Origin: Lingula anatina
Lineage: Eukaryota; Animalia; Brachiopoda
Direction of reading: 5' to 3'
NCBI GenBank assembly: GCA_051362555.1
Contig: CM120642.1
Coordinates: 27,714,001-27,778,000 of the forward strand
Length of the DNA stretch: 64,000 nucleotides
Below the pieces are notes generated by a model. It was not told the DNA's origin and ran no database searches. It saw only the letters and a list, made by a program, of their open reading frames with translations. The position numbers and the translations under genes were made by a program. The first letter of the stretch is position 1, and each line of letters starts with the position of its first letter. Shown here piece after piece: positions 1 through 13,098 of the stretch.

Positions 1-3000
1 TACGCATGATATAATATCAGACACTGAATATCATGTTTTCTGGATAACTTGGACGGACCAAAAACTTCGTGTTGGTAGAGGGAAGTTTGAGGGATTTGAT
101 CTGCTGATGGAGTTACCAATACCAGATGAAAATTACGAAATCATCTCCGCGGCCGTGCTTAGTACTGATACGGCTGAATGGCAGGTGCTCAAAGTGACCG
201 GTGAGTGTTACTGCACTAAGCTATCTCTGACAGTATCTCTCTCTCCTCTTGTATATGAAGGAAATATCACGCAGCTGGTGAAATGCATTTTATATAGTGT
301 TTTGTGTGGTTTAATGAATTTCCTCTAGGGACCCGATAGTTTATTATTGCTTGGTGTAACATATAACTGGGTAAATGTAACAGAAATTTTAAGTTGGTTA
401 AAATTAAACGGCAGTAAAGTTGATGAGGGGCGTTTGCAAAATATTCTCTTCAACTGTCACACGATCATTTTCTTTTTAAATAACGATGTTTTATTAAGCT
501 TTAATACCCAGTATTCCAATTAAAAGGAGAATGTTGACAAAATTGATATTATTTAAGGTGATGTGACCGACTCCACTGAAACCACTACTGTTGAGCAGAC
601 GACAGACGAACAGCGATACCATATAACACCTGAAGGATTAAAGGTTCCCATAGAAACAAGCAGAAAAGTGTCGGAGTCAGGAGAAGAGGAAAAGCCATAC
701 TTTGGTAAGAAAATAACACGTCCATAATACCAGTACCAACTTGTCAATAACGTCATAGACGGAATTCAAAAAAGACACAAAAATATATATGTATGTGTGT
801 GTTTGTGTGTGTGTGTGTTTGTGTCGTTTTTAAAAATAGTTATAAAATTCGTATCGACAGATAGTCACAGAAATAGAGCTTGACCATTTCGCGTTGCAGT
901 TTAGGATTTTGTAAATGCGTGAAAATTTTTTTTTAGAAACTATCATCTCCGCCAAATCCGAGCCAGATGGCGAATATGAGACTTTCGAGGAATGGACAGA
1001 GACATTTGAGGAGTGGACAGAGTGGACGGTGTTCAGAGTCAAGACTGACCAAGAAGCCAAAGTGGCCCTGTCAGGGAGTTCAGAAACTGGGGGCAGTGAA
1101 CTGAGGAAGGATGCATATGAGGTTTGTGTCAGTGTGATTCAGGTGCTTCATTTTCTTTCTCACGTAGACTTGGATATACAAAATACTCGGTGAATTCAGA
1201 TTTGATGTTTGATGAACAACCATAATGAGAAACAGTCTGAATTTTTATCCATATCTCCACTGTTTTAATAAGTATTTCATTAGAAATTCTACTGACTTCT
1301 GTTTATAGATGAGTTACTATTTCTTGCAACAAAACATCTGGATAAATATTTTTGTGGAGTTTGTTTAAAACAATTAAAAAAAAGAGCCTAACAGTAATAT
1401 TCAAATACACACTGTTAGTTTTGAACTACCCTTCTTTGAGGAAATATGCACTTCTAATGTAGCCCTTTGTACTTACCAGATCATTCTTGGAGCTGACAAC
1501 AACAAAAAGACTTACATCAAGCAAAACGACCGTATTGAAGCAGAAGTTTCCAGTAAGGGGATCCTCAGCTCTGACAACTTCAGAACATTTTGGTTGTCTT
1601 GGGAGGACGCGAAAGTGCAGATCGGGAGAGGGTACAAGAAGGGCAATGATAAGATCCTGGAATGGGAGCCGCCGAAGGAAAGCTGGCAAAAGATTACGAA
1701 CTTGGGCGTCAGTTCGGGTGTGACAGCGGCAGAGTGGGAGTTCCTCAAGTATAAAGGTATGGCCATAAAACTGATTAAGTAGACCAAGGGCTTTTAGATA
1801 TAACATCGAAAGTGCATAATAGGAAAATAATGTTTTCTGCTGTGGAATATCGTTGATTATCACTTGTACTATCACAGAATTGATGCACATCCTGTTGTGG
1901 ACGGAGTCTTCTGAATTAACATATACCCAAAGTGTGTAACTCTGAAAACCAGCAATCCAACTGATAGCTACAGTATGTGCAAGAAAGTATTTTGCTATTT
2001 CTGTATTTCTTAAAGGTTGGAGGCAGACCGCTGGAGATGAGTACCTGTTTGATCAAGATTATCCTAGTGAATCAGAAAGTGAGGGTGGCCTAGACCTGAT
2101 AGGTGAGTGGCAGTTACTCTTAGCTTAATAGATTTTTATTTAAAGTTTCAAACGAAAACAAGAAATTTGTCAGTTTATGTCTGTTTTCTTTTCATGGCAA
2201 ACTTACTTTCTATTTCAGAAAACTTCATCACCGTCCTCACTCCTGCGGTTTACGATTATCAGTACCTACCAGAAGTACCGGTGACAGATAAAACATGGAT
2301 TACATTCCGGCTGAGGGCAGGGTGCAACGGAAATATAGCCCTGTCTTCAATATACGGGGAAACCGACAGCAAAACGTACGAAATTCAGCTTGGAGGTAGG
2401 GACAACAACCGGTCGATGATTCGACATGGCGGGCATGGTGCTATTTATGCTGAAACTTATACCAGAGGAGTGTTAAATCCCCAGGAATTCCGACCATTTT
2501 GGATCAGTTGGGATGGAGGTATGTATGATAAAGCTCATGTTGTCCTCTTTTTGATTTTGTACAAAATGAATGAGATAGATAGATGGATGGATATATAAGA
2601 TTTAAAATAAAATTTCGAATGCTTCTTTTGGATATAACGTTTTGACAAAGTAATTAATTTGTGAAGCGAATGTCCCCACTTAAAATATCTGTTTTGATAT
2701 TACAGCGATATAAACCAAGGCTTTGATGAGGGCCCCTTAAATACAGCTCCTCTATCAAAGAGAAAATCATTTTACCAAGGAAAGTTGTCTAGGCAAATTT
2801 TACAGATTTAGTTATTGCATTATTATACTAACATTTTATACATCTAATATTTTAAATTGTTTTACAGGCAAAATAAGAGTAGGCAGAGGAAACAAGAAGT
2901 ATAAGCGATCTTTCTTAGAATGGACCATACCGGAAGAGAAGATGCACTCTGTCAATTGCCTTGCGGTAGCGACAGGAGAGGGATCCGATGGGCAATGGGA

Positions 3001-4611
3001 ATTTGTAGAATATATAGGTAATTCCATCACATCCATAAAAAGACATGTAACAGGACTTCTTCTTGTATATTTTTATTGTGTATTTAAGATATTGAAGCAG
3101 TAAAATTTAAAGCTTACTTCAATCGCAGCAGAGAGAAGACAGGTATTTTTAGCAAGGTGTTACAGCGTACATTTTTGTGTTTTTAGCTATTTAAACTATA
3201 TAAGTATGAATTTACTTTGTAGATCCAAATAAAGAAGAAACGAAAGAAGACCGCATGAAGCAGGCCCGAGTTAGCCTCTTGTGGATGTCTAAAAAACAAA
3301 GAATGTTAAATATATTGGAGGATGCCTATCCGAATCCTTTGGATACAAAGGACCTCTTGAGGTAAAAGCGATTATGTTTCTGTACATTGTATTTTGATAC
3401 TTCAATGAGTATATACCGTGCACGTCGGTTTCATTTGAACATATTAAATTTGATTTTAGTTTGACTTTAACATGATTTTGAACTGGGCTTGCAGACTACT
3501 AGGAATTAACCTCTTTAACCATTTTTGAAAGGTCCATGAGCATAATTGGCTTTTAAGTTTTTAACTTAGAGATCTATACATATTAAATAATATGTATTTT
3601 AAGTTTGCTTCGTTGTTGTTAAAATAAAAAAAAACAACGCATTTAATATTTATTATTCTGTAAAAACACCACTGCCCACTTTTAAAGACATTGCCAGGAA
3701 TACCATGTTATTGCATTGCATGCGTAGTCATTTATTTGTGCTTACTATTCTTTTACATGTGCCAGTATTTTATGTACCAACAGTGCGTCTTATGATAAAT
3801 ATCGGTAGGTTAAGGACACTGTGGGATTGACATACCTTCACTTCCTGCAATATTGGCCTCGTTCTTTCTGGGTCATCCAATGGTACCGTTATAATATAAT
3901 TTCGCAAACGAGGCGTGTAGTTGGAGACCAATTAACCCACTTGTCACAGATGGTATCTTCCACTGTGAAGAGCCAATGCATCTCTATCCTTATTTATAAT
4001 TGAAAGATCTAGTTTGTTGCCCTCATCTATATAGAATCAGGGTAGGCTAGGATTTTTACCTAGTGGTGTGTGTGTCAGTTGCTCACCTGTTTGAAGGGTT
4101 CCTTTATTGTTTTGATTTTTTCTGATAGAATGACCACCCCGTCTTCAAGAAGTGAATTGTGGAATTGATGAGTTTTTCTCTTGATAATGGCAGAGTTTGC
4201 ATTTTGATTATTTTCTTGTTATATTTCCTCTGCAAGTTCTTCTGTTTTTATCACTCTTTGTGGGTTGAATCTGACGAAAGTGTTTTGCAATACGATATAT
4301 ACAAATCCAATATATGTTCAGTTTTCTCTTGCATATGTTCAAGTTGCAAAGACTTTATTCCTATTCCAACACCTACAGATGCTCCACACCATAGATTAAA
4401 AACATACCTACTTTAAAATCTTTTATGACATTAAAACATGATTAGAAATTCATTTACCTTATCGAACTGGTAGCATTACAGAATTAGACCAATAGACATA
4501 GAATGCAAAAAAGACTTATTGACATTTATAGGCCTATGTAGTTATTAAAATATTATTTTTAAAGTATTAAAATATACTAAAACATCATGTATGTGATAAC
4601 TTTGTTCCACT

Positions 4612-4669
<58 letters not shown>

Positions 4670-7425
4670 TAAAGCCATAAGTCTACAGCATGGTAAGACT
4701 ACTCTGGTGTACAAATCAAACTGAGAAGAACGGGATGTTGCATGTTCGAAATTGGTTCGCTTTTTTTTTCAGTTTTTATTTAATTCATTTGTTTAGGTTA
4801 ATGAAAACGAAACCCACGGACATGATGATGTCCGTGGTGATGCTGAAGGAAATGGAGGACAGGGGACTCATAAAGGAAGTAGAAAAGGGGAAATGGATGC
4901 GCGCGCATATAATCCTGGCTGCCCCTTCACATGGTATGGAAAATGAAGATCTTTAACTGAATGCTTATGTCATTAGCATTGCTTTAAAACAAAATAAAAT
5001 TTGCGCTCGAAATGATTTGCGCTCACATTGACAACACGTAGTGCATATGTGATTGTTTTTTTATTTGTTGTGTACTATGCAAAATGAAAGATGTATCTGT
5101 GAGAATTTGTTTGCATTTTAGCCACATTAGAAATTATCTTCCGATGCATTGAAAATCAACATTAGGTCGCAGTGGCCATATAAAGTGGTATTTGAAACAG
5201 GGATTATTAATCTACTTTTGTATATGCTGTTATATGTAATGTAATGAAATGTTCCAGATGTCCATGTCGTGAGAGAGATGCCTGCCATACAGTCCCAGGC
5301 GCAGCCAACCATCGCCATTATCACCACTCTATACTATGAGAAAGTGGCCGTAGACACTATGATTGATAACAAGGTCACCTTTTTGAAGTACACCACTGAT
5401 GGTGATTCACAGGTAAAGTTTTTTAAACTGTTATTCAACAGAAAGATGGGGAAACGCGAAACCTGTTTTTAGTATTGGAACTACCTGTACGCATGGTTAG
5501 GCCTACTAATCACAAAATGGGAAGTTTTCAGATGAATAATTTCTTTGGTCAACAGCTAAGATAAAAGCTAATGCTCTCTATAAGGAAGCTGTTTGTTAAC
5601 CTGACATCTTAATACACCTGAGTACAAGAGAACAAATAAAGTTCTGATTTGAGATTTTGATTTAAGAAAATGCCACATTTAGTGTGCGAGTGAAGTTCCA
5701 GCATAGAATTATAATTACAGAAAATTAATGTGCATTTTTATTAGAAATAGAGCATGGCACTCCACTGAATTTTAAAACCTGTTTACTTGAATAATATCAA
5801 TTCGGTTTAAACCTACTGCAGTTGACGAGGGCATTGAGATGAATTGGTGAGTTAATGGATACATATTCCTTTTGTACGCTCAGGTCTTCACCTTTGGTAA
5901 CATCGGCAGGCACCGGGTGGTTTCCACCAAATTTCCCAGTGCCTCCAGCGTGCCATTAGAGGAAGGAAGGATAGAAAAGGCATCTCAGGAACTTTTAGGT
6001 ACACACCAGTTTTAGTATACACCGATGCCTTTCTCAGTAATAATCTTGACGTGATTATCTGCACTGCATTAAAATGCTGTGTTTGGTCAGCCCTTTCATG
6101 AAAAATTAAATTCCAAACATACCAGTGACCAATAACGTATTACAGCCTAGGGGAAATCAAATTATCAAATCGATTTTGATATAAATTTTAAAAATGCAGA
6201 ATTTTTTAATACTTATCACACGATTTAGTAGGCAAAAAAACATGTTCAGTGGTTTTGTATCCTGGAGTACTAAAATGATTAAAACAATGATTAAAAACTG
6301 ATATTATTATTGTTATTATTTTAATTATTTTCATTTTAAAGAACTATTTAGAAGAATAGCCAACGTGATCATAGTTGGTGTGGCAGGAGGCGTTCCTCAC
6401 TATTCGGACTTTGACAAACACGTCCGCCGCGGTGACATTGTCGTTGGGTTTGCCAGGGAATCTCAAGGCCACGTTTATATACACTGTGATAAGTTAGAAA
6501 CGGCTTCTGAAGATGGAAGTAAACTCCGGTAAGTGGCTTTTAATGATGCATTTGGCCGCCGATTGTGTGTGTAATGTGCATGAATCAGTGACACCTTTTT
6601 TTGTCCAGTAGAGAGCGAAATGATGAAATCCCAGGTCGCACATGGAAGCAATATCGATTTTCTGCTTATTCTTTTCAGTGTATGCATTAACATTCATAAT
6701 GTTTAGCCTTACATCGTCAAATCACACAGTGAAAAAGGACTAGCTCATCGACTATAAAAATGTATCATCATCAAACATTACTGATATGTTCTAGCGAATT
6801 GTCAAATTTCAATATACCTGTATTGAAAACCGAATAGGTTTTATCTATTTAAAACTCTAAAGCTTTTTCTTCATTTTACAGTTTCATCACACGTTCTTGG
6901 GGTAGCCGTGACTACTCCATGAAGTCCGTTGTCAAACGCCTTAAATCAATGGCAGAGCATCTTTCAGCACGTGAAAGGCCTTGGGAAGAACACATTTTTG
7001 CGGGACAGGAAACCCTCCACAGTGAAGACTCTGCTTTCCAAAGACCTTCAGTCAAATCTGATCGCCTCTTTTACAAAATGGAAGATGGCGAAGTGGTACG
7101 GGTTCAACACCCTAAACCCCCGAGAGCTTTTGAGAGTTTGTACCCGGAAAATGTACCAACCGTGCGTTTCGGAACGATTGCCTCAGGTCGCCCAATCATA
7201 CGTCACCAAGACTTCCGCAGCCAATTTGCGGCAGTGTCGGGTGCTTTGGCTTTCAGCTCAAATTATTCTGAATTGGTTGAGACTTTGGCGAAGAGAGGAA
7301 AGGACAATTTCCTCGTTATACAAGGAATATGTGATTACGAAAGCGGGGAGAAGAAAGGGTGGCGACCATATTCAGCTTTGTGTGCCGCTGCTTTTGCCAA
7401 GACTGTGATTAACCAGCTTTATTAA
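1..7425 (+). CDS. Multi-exon gene, 5' end outside the window: at least 3 Methyltransf_FA (FAMeT-like) domains + winged helix + PNP_UDP_1 nucleoside phosphorylase/nucleosidase-fold domain
   Basis: Exons <1-200, 558-704, 937-1121, 1480-1756, 2016-2102, 2219-2518, 2868-3017, 3223-3361, 4797-4933, 5258-5412, 5884-5998, 6342-6528 and 6882-7425 (TAA), all GT-AG with compatible phases. FAMeT signature occurs three times: FWITWTDQKLRVGRG, FRTFWLSWEDAKVQIGRG, FRPFWISWDGGKIRVGRG (also YEIILG/YEIQLGG). wHTH-like segment: KQRMLNILEDAYPNPLDTKDLLRLMK...MLKEMEDRGLIKEVEKGKWMR. PNP motifs: TIAIITTLYYEKVAV, VIIVGVAGGVPH...VRRGDIVVG, FGTIASG, VIQGICDY, WRPYSALCAAAFAK. Confidence 0.9.
4613..4667. repeat. (TA)n microsatellite (intronic)
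   Basis: Uninterrupted TA run; similar runs at about 43607-43638 and 47136-47200. Confidence 0.9.
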
Positions 7426-9871
7426 TTGCAAGTGTAATGTGGACGGGTTTGTTGTTTATCAGTTATAGCGTAAGTGAAGGTATCATGTAAGAAAATTTTC
7501 ATTTAGAGCAGTGTCTTTCATAAGTATATCACAGTAAAATCAGCAGTTTATGGTTTGTCATTTAATGCACAAAACATAACCAGTCGTCCTAGCTCATATA
7601 TGAACTTGAGCATGAGATTTCATTTTAACTCTGTGCCATCTTGCGCAATAATATTCATTTCAATTTTTTTATAATTGATCACTCTTTTACCAAGTTGTAG
7701 ATTGGTAATTTTTATTATCTAAGATAATGAAATGCCTAATGTTTTTTGTTGGCTTATGATGTTTACACAGACTATATAACTCGAACAGATTATATGTTAA
7801 GTAGTGGTTTGAAAAACCCTGCGTGCTACAAAGTCTTACGGTGGATAGTTGTGATTTTTTTCAATGCTGTAAAGCACATCGCTACCAGTGATTACTGCAG
7901 AACGTTTGTACTACTTTTTAACAGGGACACCTGTGTAATTATAGACTAAGCGTATGATAATTATACTAGGCGTTAAACTAATGATCATTATGCACTCACA
8001 CATGAGTCTACGTTTACTTCGTGGTTTGTCATGCCAGAATTTACAAATCTAAAGGTATAGGGATGGTTCTTGTAAATTTGTCGTTCTAAATGTCATTCCC
8101 GCCTTTAAAAGATTGATATGGTGGAATGTGTATCTTTTCATCCTTACATATTTTAACGCCATATGCACCGAAAATGTTTCCATTCCCCTGTGATGTTTCT
8201 TAAGAGTGTTTTCTCGTTATACATTGTGTATATAATTTCCATCTAACTTTTGCTATTTTGCACCTCTAAATAATTTAGGTTTTCACTGATGATATTAGAC
8301 AGGTGGCTTTTACATTATTCATGATCTTTGAATGCTTGATGTTTTTATATTATTAGTTGGTATTTTTATATCTCATTTCATATATTGACGTTTATCTGGT
8401 TTATCTATAACAAGACGTGTTTGACGAAATCAGTTAATTAACTGAGTATTTAGCATTTTATATGTCTATATTCACGCCAGTAATAATTACCAAGTATGTC
8501 TTAATTATGTTTTAACTAGAAAAGAACTTTTCCGTACGGCATCACCATTTTTTGTTAGCTGATGACATTCTAAGAAGCTACAAAAATCTTGTTTTTATAT
8601 TAAAAAGGGATAAATAGCGTACATCTGTATATTGTTAAATGATTGAGGTTTAAGTGAAGGGGCATTTAATGTTGACTCGCTTTGCAATTTAAAAATAAAT
8701 GTCTAAAAGACTTGTTGATATGCCTTGCTGGGTTCTTTACATACACTTATTGATACTTAGTGACACATATAGACTAATTATATCCAATCCAAAATACGAT
8801 TGAGTGAAATGATTGCTCCAGTATTAGCTAATGAGAAATTGGTTTTTTGAAACTGGATATAGATATCGTAGAACTTCGAACTAAATTCTGTTTCTATTTT
8901 TGTCATAATAATATGTCAAAAAAGGGGGCATTAAAAACATATTCCTGTAGGAGAGGGAAAGTCTGTTACGTCAGTCTCCTTTTGTTCATTCACATTAAAG
9001 GTGCATGTGCTCCCACTGAAACTATCAAACTAGGTGGGTCGGTCCAACTCCATGGGGGGCTAAGTGCTCAAAAAAGTTAACCACCCTTAACTGCTTGAGG
9101 CGTGTCGTTCAGTTCATCTGATTGTATTCAGCGTGAGTCCTCAGAGTTTGATCGATTCACCTAACACAATGGTTTCATGGGGAAGGCACCCTAAGACTGT
9201 AGACACCGGTGGGGTATTGGCTTTTAAGAATTACCTTGCATGTGGACCGAAACCGCCGACTGATCTAGAGATGCAAAGACAAAATACGTTTGTTGCGATA
9301 TTTTAGTGACATCATGTCATATCAGGCTGCATGGTTATTCAGATTAGGTTATTTGCAGTGACAATCACTCAGGTAGCTAAAAAGACAATGGAAGATGGCG
9401 ACAGACAAGGAGAAAACAACGTCCGATTAAAAATACTTTTGCATACACAACTGGCCTGTGTTCCGCACGATCTGCGGCACATTTTCAGAAAGAATGAGCC
9501 GTTGTGAAAGGAATGGTAGTTCTAGGAAAGTCCGGGGACCATATAATAAGTACAGATTGATGTTAAAGCCCCTTTATTCTGCATGGCGTCATCACGTTTT
9601 TCTTAACTTTAATGTAAGTAACTTTGTATGCGTTTCCTATTTGCACACCAAACTAATCTCGGGTTAAAGATTGGGAATAATTTGATATTTGTGTTGTTTG
9701 AATTACATGTCAAACTACATATACATATAATTGTATTCTTAGTATCTTATACTTTATATTGCAACGGGCATATGACTGCGGTACAACATGAGCTCATTAG
9801 AAGACGTATACCAGCATAAATATGAGATAAAAACAAGGTCAGCAAAACTGAGGGTTCAAGGTATCTGCACA

Positions 9872-11680
9872 ATGGATGTTTTGAGTCTTCGCTTATCTCC
9901 AAAGATTGGTGGTGCGATGAAAATAATTATATTGATTGTTGGGGCACTACTAGTCATTTCTTTCGTATTGTTTACAGATATTACAAGGATCGTAAAGAAA
10001 TGGCAGTTAGGGGTGCCGACTGTTGACCCTTCAGCTAGGCACTGCGAGGAACCCGGCGTTCTTCGAGGTGATGGCAAACTGACAAGTGTAGACATGATCG
10101 AGGACCTGGGATCAAAGAGAATGAAAGCAACAGACCCGAGATTATTGAAGCTCCTCCGCGAAAAATGGCTTCTTGCACCCTCCAACCGTCCATATCACTT
10201 GGCTGAACCACAAAAAATACATACGTCTCAAGTTGGGCAATCGCAGGCAATTGATAAGCTACTAAAGCAGAGAAAGAACGGTTTCTTTGTCGAGGCGGGA
10301 GCCGCAGATGGCGAACTTTTATCTAACTCCTTGTTTTTTGAGAGATTTCGTAACTGGACGGGAGTACTTGTAGAAGCAGACCCATGGACCTTTGATAAGA
10401 TGACAAAAAAACACAGGTAGGTGTTTTTTCTTTCGAAATCATAGTTTCCAACTACCAAAAATCTGTCACACAAACCCGCTTCTGTGTGCTAGGTTATTTA
10501 TAAGCCTAACCTGTAAGTCTCGATTTCTGAATAATATATAATATGTAATGCACTGTATGGCACAGGCGCGGTTTCTCACTGATTCCCCTTTGACGGATCG
10601 CGATTGTTTAAGGACAGTTGCTAATCCATCATACTGTTTTTCTAAGCTAGTAAAAATACAGAAGGGAGGGTTATATAATAGTGTCATTTTTTATCGAAAG
10701 CAAATTTGTCTTTCAAAAAGAAATCTGCAATTCATCCGAATTAAAAGTAGTTCGGCTAGTCAGAAAATTTGATTTTCTCTTTGCTCGAAAGGAGAAACTG
10801 GCCTAGTAAGGAAGGCGTTGCTGATGTGACCACCCTAAATCTGAATTCAAATTTAGTCTGTATAAACTTTGCTTGTCTGATCTCGGGGTTTGATTCAGGT
10901 CAAACACTGAGTTGCAGGGGACATTGGGAACTGCATTCTCTACTTTGGATTAACACATTACCTCTTCTAAGTATAATGCAAATATTGACATTGTTCATTT
11001 CGGGAGAATGTAAGGTTCATTGATCTACATAATTATATCTCGGGACAAATAGTAGGTATGGATTATGACAGTTCATATTTGTTTTATTATATATCGGAAA
11101 TTTTGTCTCCACTGGCCCCACATCTATCTTTAATTTCCAAATGGTCCCTGCTTCCCTCATGTGCAGTAACAATTTTTTCTTTAGTTTTACATTAATTTAT
11201 TGTAATTGTTTATTCTTGACAATTTTGATCTTTTATTTTTAATTCAGGAAATCAAATATAATTAACGCTTGCCTGTCTCCGAAACCGCACCCAGTGCGAA
11301 TGGAATTTAACTATGCGAATTTTTTGGGTGGCATCAGTGAACTGGACCGCAAATTTCCAAGAGGAAAAGGCAAAGGACTAGCACAATGTTTCCCAATACA
11401 CTCCATCCTGGCCGCACTGGGCGTCAGCCACGTGGACTACTTCTCCCTGGACGTCGAGGGGGCCGAGGTGGAGATTCTCAAGACATTCCCTTGGAAAGAA
11501 ATCATAGTGGACGTGTGGACGGTGGAGTTCGGGGTCCTCAATGCGAGGGGAGGAACGGAGGAGGTCCGGCGCATGAGAGAAATCAGGAAGATCTTTCAGA
11601 ATACAGAGCTGTACCAAGAGATAGATGCTCCTGGATTAAATTTTGATTTTCTATTTGCTCGAAAAGAGATACTGGCCTAG
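9872..11680 (+). CDS. FkbM/Methyltransf_21 (Star-like) type-II membrane methyltransferase, copy 1 (intact)
   Basis: Exon 1 9872-10416 (ATG GAT GTT; TM IIILIVGALLVISFVLF; motif I FFVEAGAADGE; GVLVEADP), phase-2 GT-AG intron, exon 2 11248-11680 (NACLSP; VDYFSLDVEGAE; TAG). Confidence 0.9.
10764..10952 (+). pseudogene. Relic of a FkbM exon-2 3' end and 3' UTR lying inside the intron of copy 1
   Basis: aaatttgattttctctttgctcgaaaggagaaactggcctag... (KFDFLFARKEKLA*) followed by sequence matching the 3' flank at 11640-11840. Confidence 0.8.
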
Positions 11681-12278
11681 TAAGGAAGGCGTTGCTGATA
11701 TAGCCATCCTCAAACCTGAATTCAAATTTGGTCTGTATAAACTTTGTTTGTCTGATCTTGGGGTTTGACTTCATGTCGAGTTCAAGTCAAATCCCGAGTT
11801 TCAGGGACTACTGGGAAATGCCTCCTCTACTTTGGATTATCATACATACATTTTCTCAAGTTATCATCATCATTATACCAAAAGTCCAAAACCACTGCAT
11901 AGGGAACCTGAAATATCCAAAATAACAGCAAATTACCATGGAAATTTACACTCTTGCATATCAAAGGTCATTGTTCTTGGTTCTTACCACTATTTCAAAT
12001 TAATAACACACTACATTCGTTTGTGTGCATCCATATTCTGTTTGAAATGATGATCATTCCATTTGTTAAATCCAAAGGGTATCCAACAGTATTCAGACAA
12101 ATATTACTAAATGGGGTTATAAATCATTTATTTATTGCAATTATCAGATATGATTTGGTTTCTTGTAATACGTTGACTTTCACTTCTAAATGAATTCCAC
12201 TTTAAAATGCAACTTCGAATTGAATGTATTTCAAACGGTAATTTTTAACAAGAAAAGTAGCTATCTATTCTACTTGAA

Positions 12279-12626
12279 AGGGATAACAATTGTTCGTTTT
12301 GGGCAAAAAATTATTTTTCTGGAACTTGCGACGTTTTTTTTTACTTACCAATGGTTTATGAATCTGTCACGACATTCAAAGTTGGTCCATATGTTTTTTT
12401 AACTTTGGTTTTTGTAATAATCTCTTTAGAGATAATCAACAATAATCTCTTATTACAGAGGAATAGCTATCTGTGAGGATCCACGTGGTCTGATGACAAG
12501 CCAAATTCCAAAATAATTGTAAAAACCGCTGTTTTGGTGGTAAAATGAAATTTATTATATTTCTGTTGGTTGTTTACAATGTATTTTTTGGTAAATGTGA
12601 ACCTCATATGCACAGTTGCTATCCCT
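12279..12626. mobile_element. ~340-bp MITE with AGGGATAACAA TIRs and TTAA-type target site (Kolobok-like), co-duplicated with the array
   Basis: agggataacaa...ttgctatccct-TTAA. Same-position copies 3' of other FkbM genes: 17408-18786 (split by a Tc1 element), 26390-26729, ~31760-32076 and ~41835-42140. Confidence 0.7.
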
Positions 12627-13018
12627 TTAAAATCTCTTCAATCAGAAGCGATTATAATTGTGACATCATGTTTGACTGTTCACTGCCGTCCAATGGCCCT
12701 TTATTTTTTTTGCATTGACGCATATAGATTACCAAATATGGAATCATAATTCTTTATTCTTTGTATCGTAAGGCATTTTAATTTCCAAGTACCTTTATCA
12801 AACGCATTTGGATAGAAGCAACCGTCTGCGAACACAGTTCAACCTCTTGCTGCACTTACTGGGTATTTGGTGTGTATTTCTACTGTGGAATGCTGCAGAC
12901 CAACAAAGTCTACCCCCACCTGAATGGGTGCAAATGGATGAGAAATATATCACATTTACACATGCAGGGCATATTATGGCTCTCCATCTATAAAACTTTA
13001 TCATTATAAATGAAATCT

Positions 13019-13098
13019 GGGCTCCGTAATTCGCAAGTTATGGAATCGAGACTCTTGCGCTCGGTCGCAATTCGCGATGCTTTCGAGTTACGGAGCCC
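13019..13098. mobile_element. Short hairpin MITE (GGGCTCCGTAA...TTACGGAGCCC)
   Basis: Terminal inverted repeats seen directly; paralogous, longer copy at about 27124-27218. Confidence 0.55.

Noticed and set aside
976-1030. Peptide repeat ETFEEWTETFEEWTEWT
   Set aside because: A small in-frame tandem duplication within a FAMeT-domain exon; no separate function evident.
12808-12993. Small ORF with a hydrophobic stretch (…LLGIWCVFLLWNAA…), repeated at 26588-27118
   Set aside because: Lies in the duplicated 3' flank; starts and frames differ between copies, and the block is partly deleted in unit 2.
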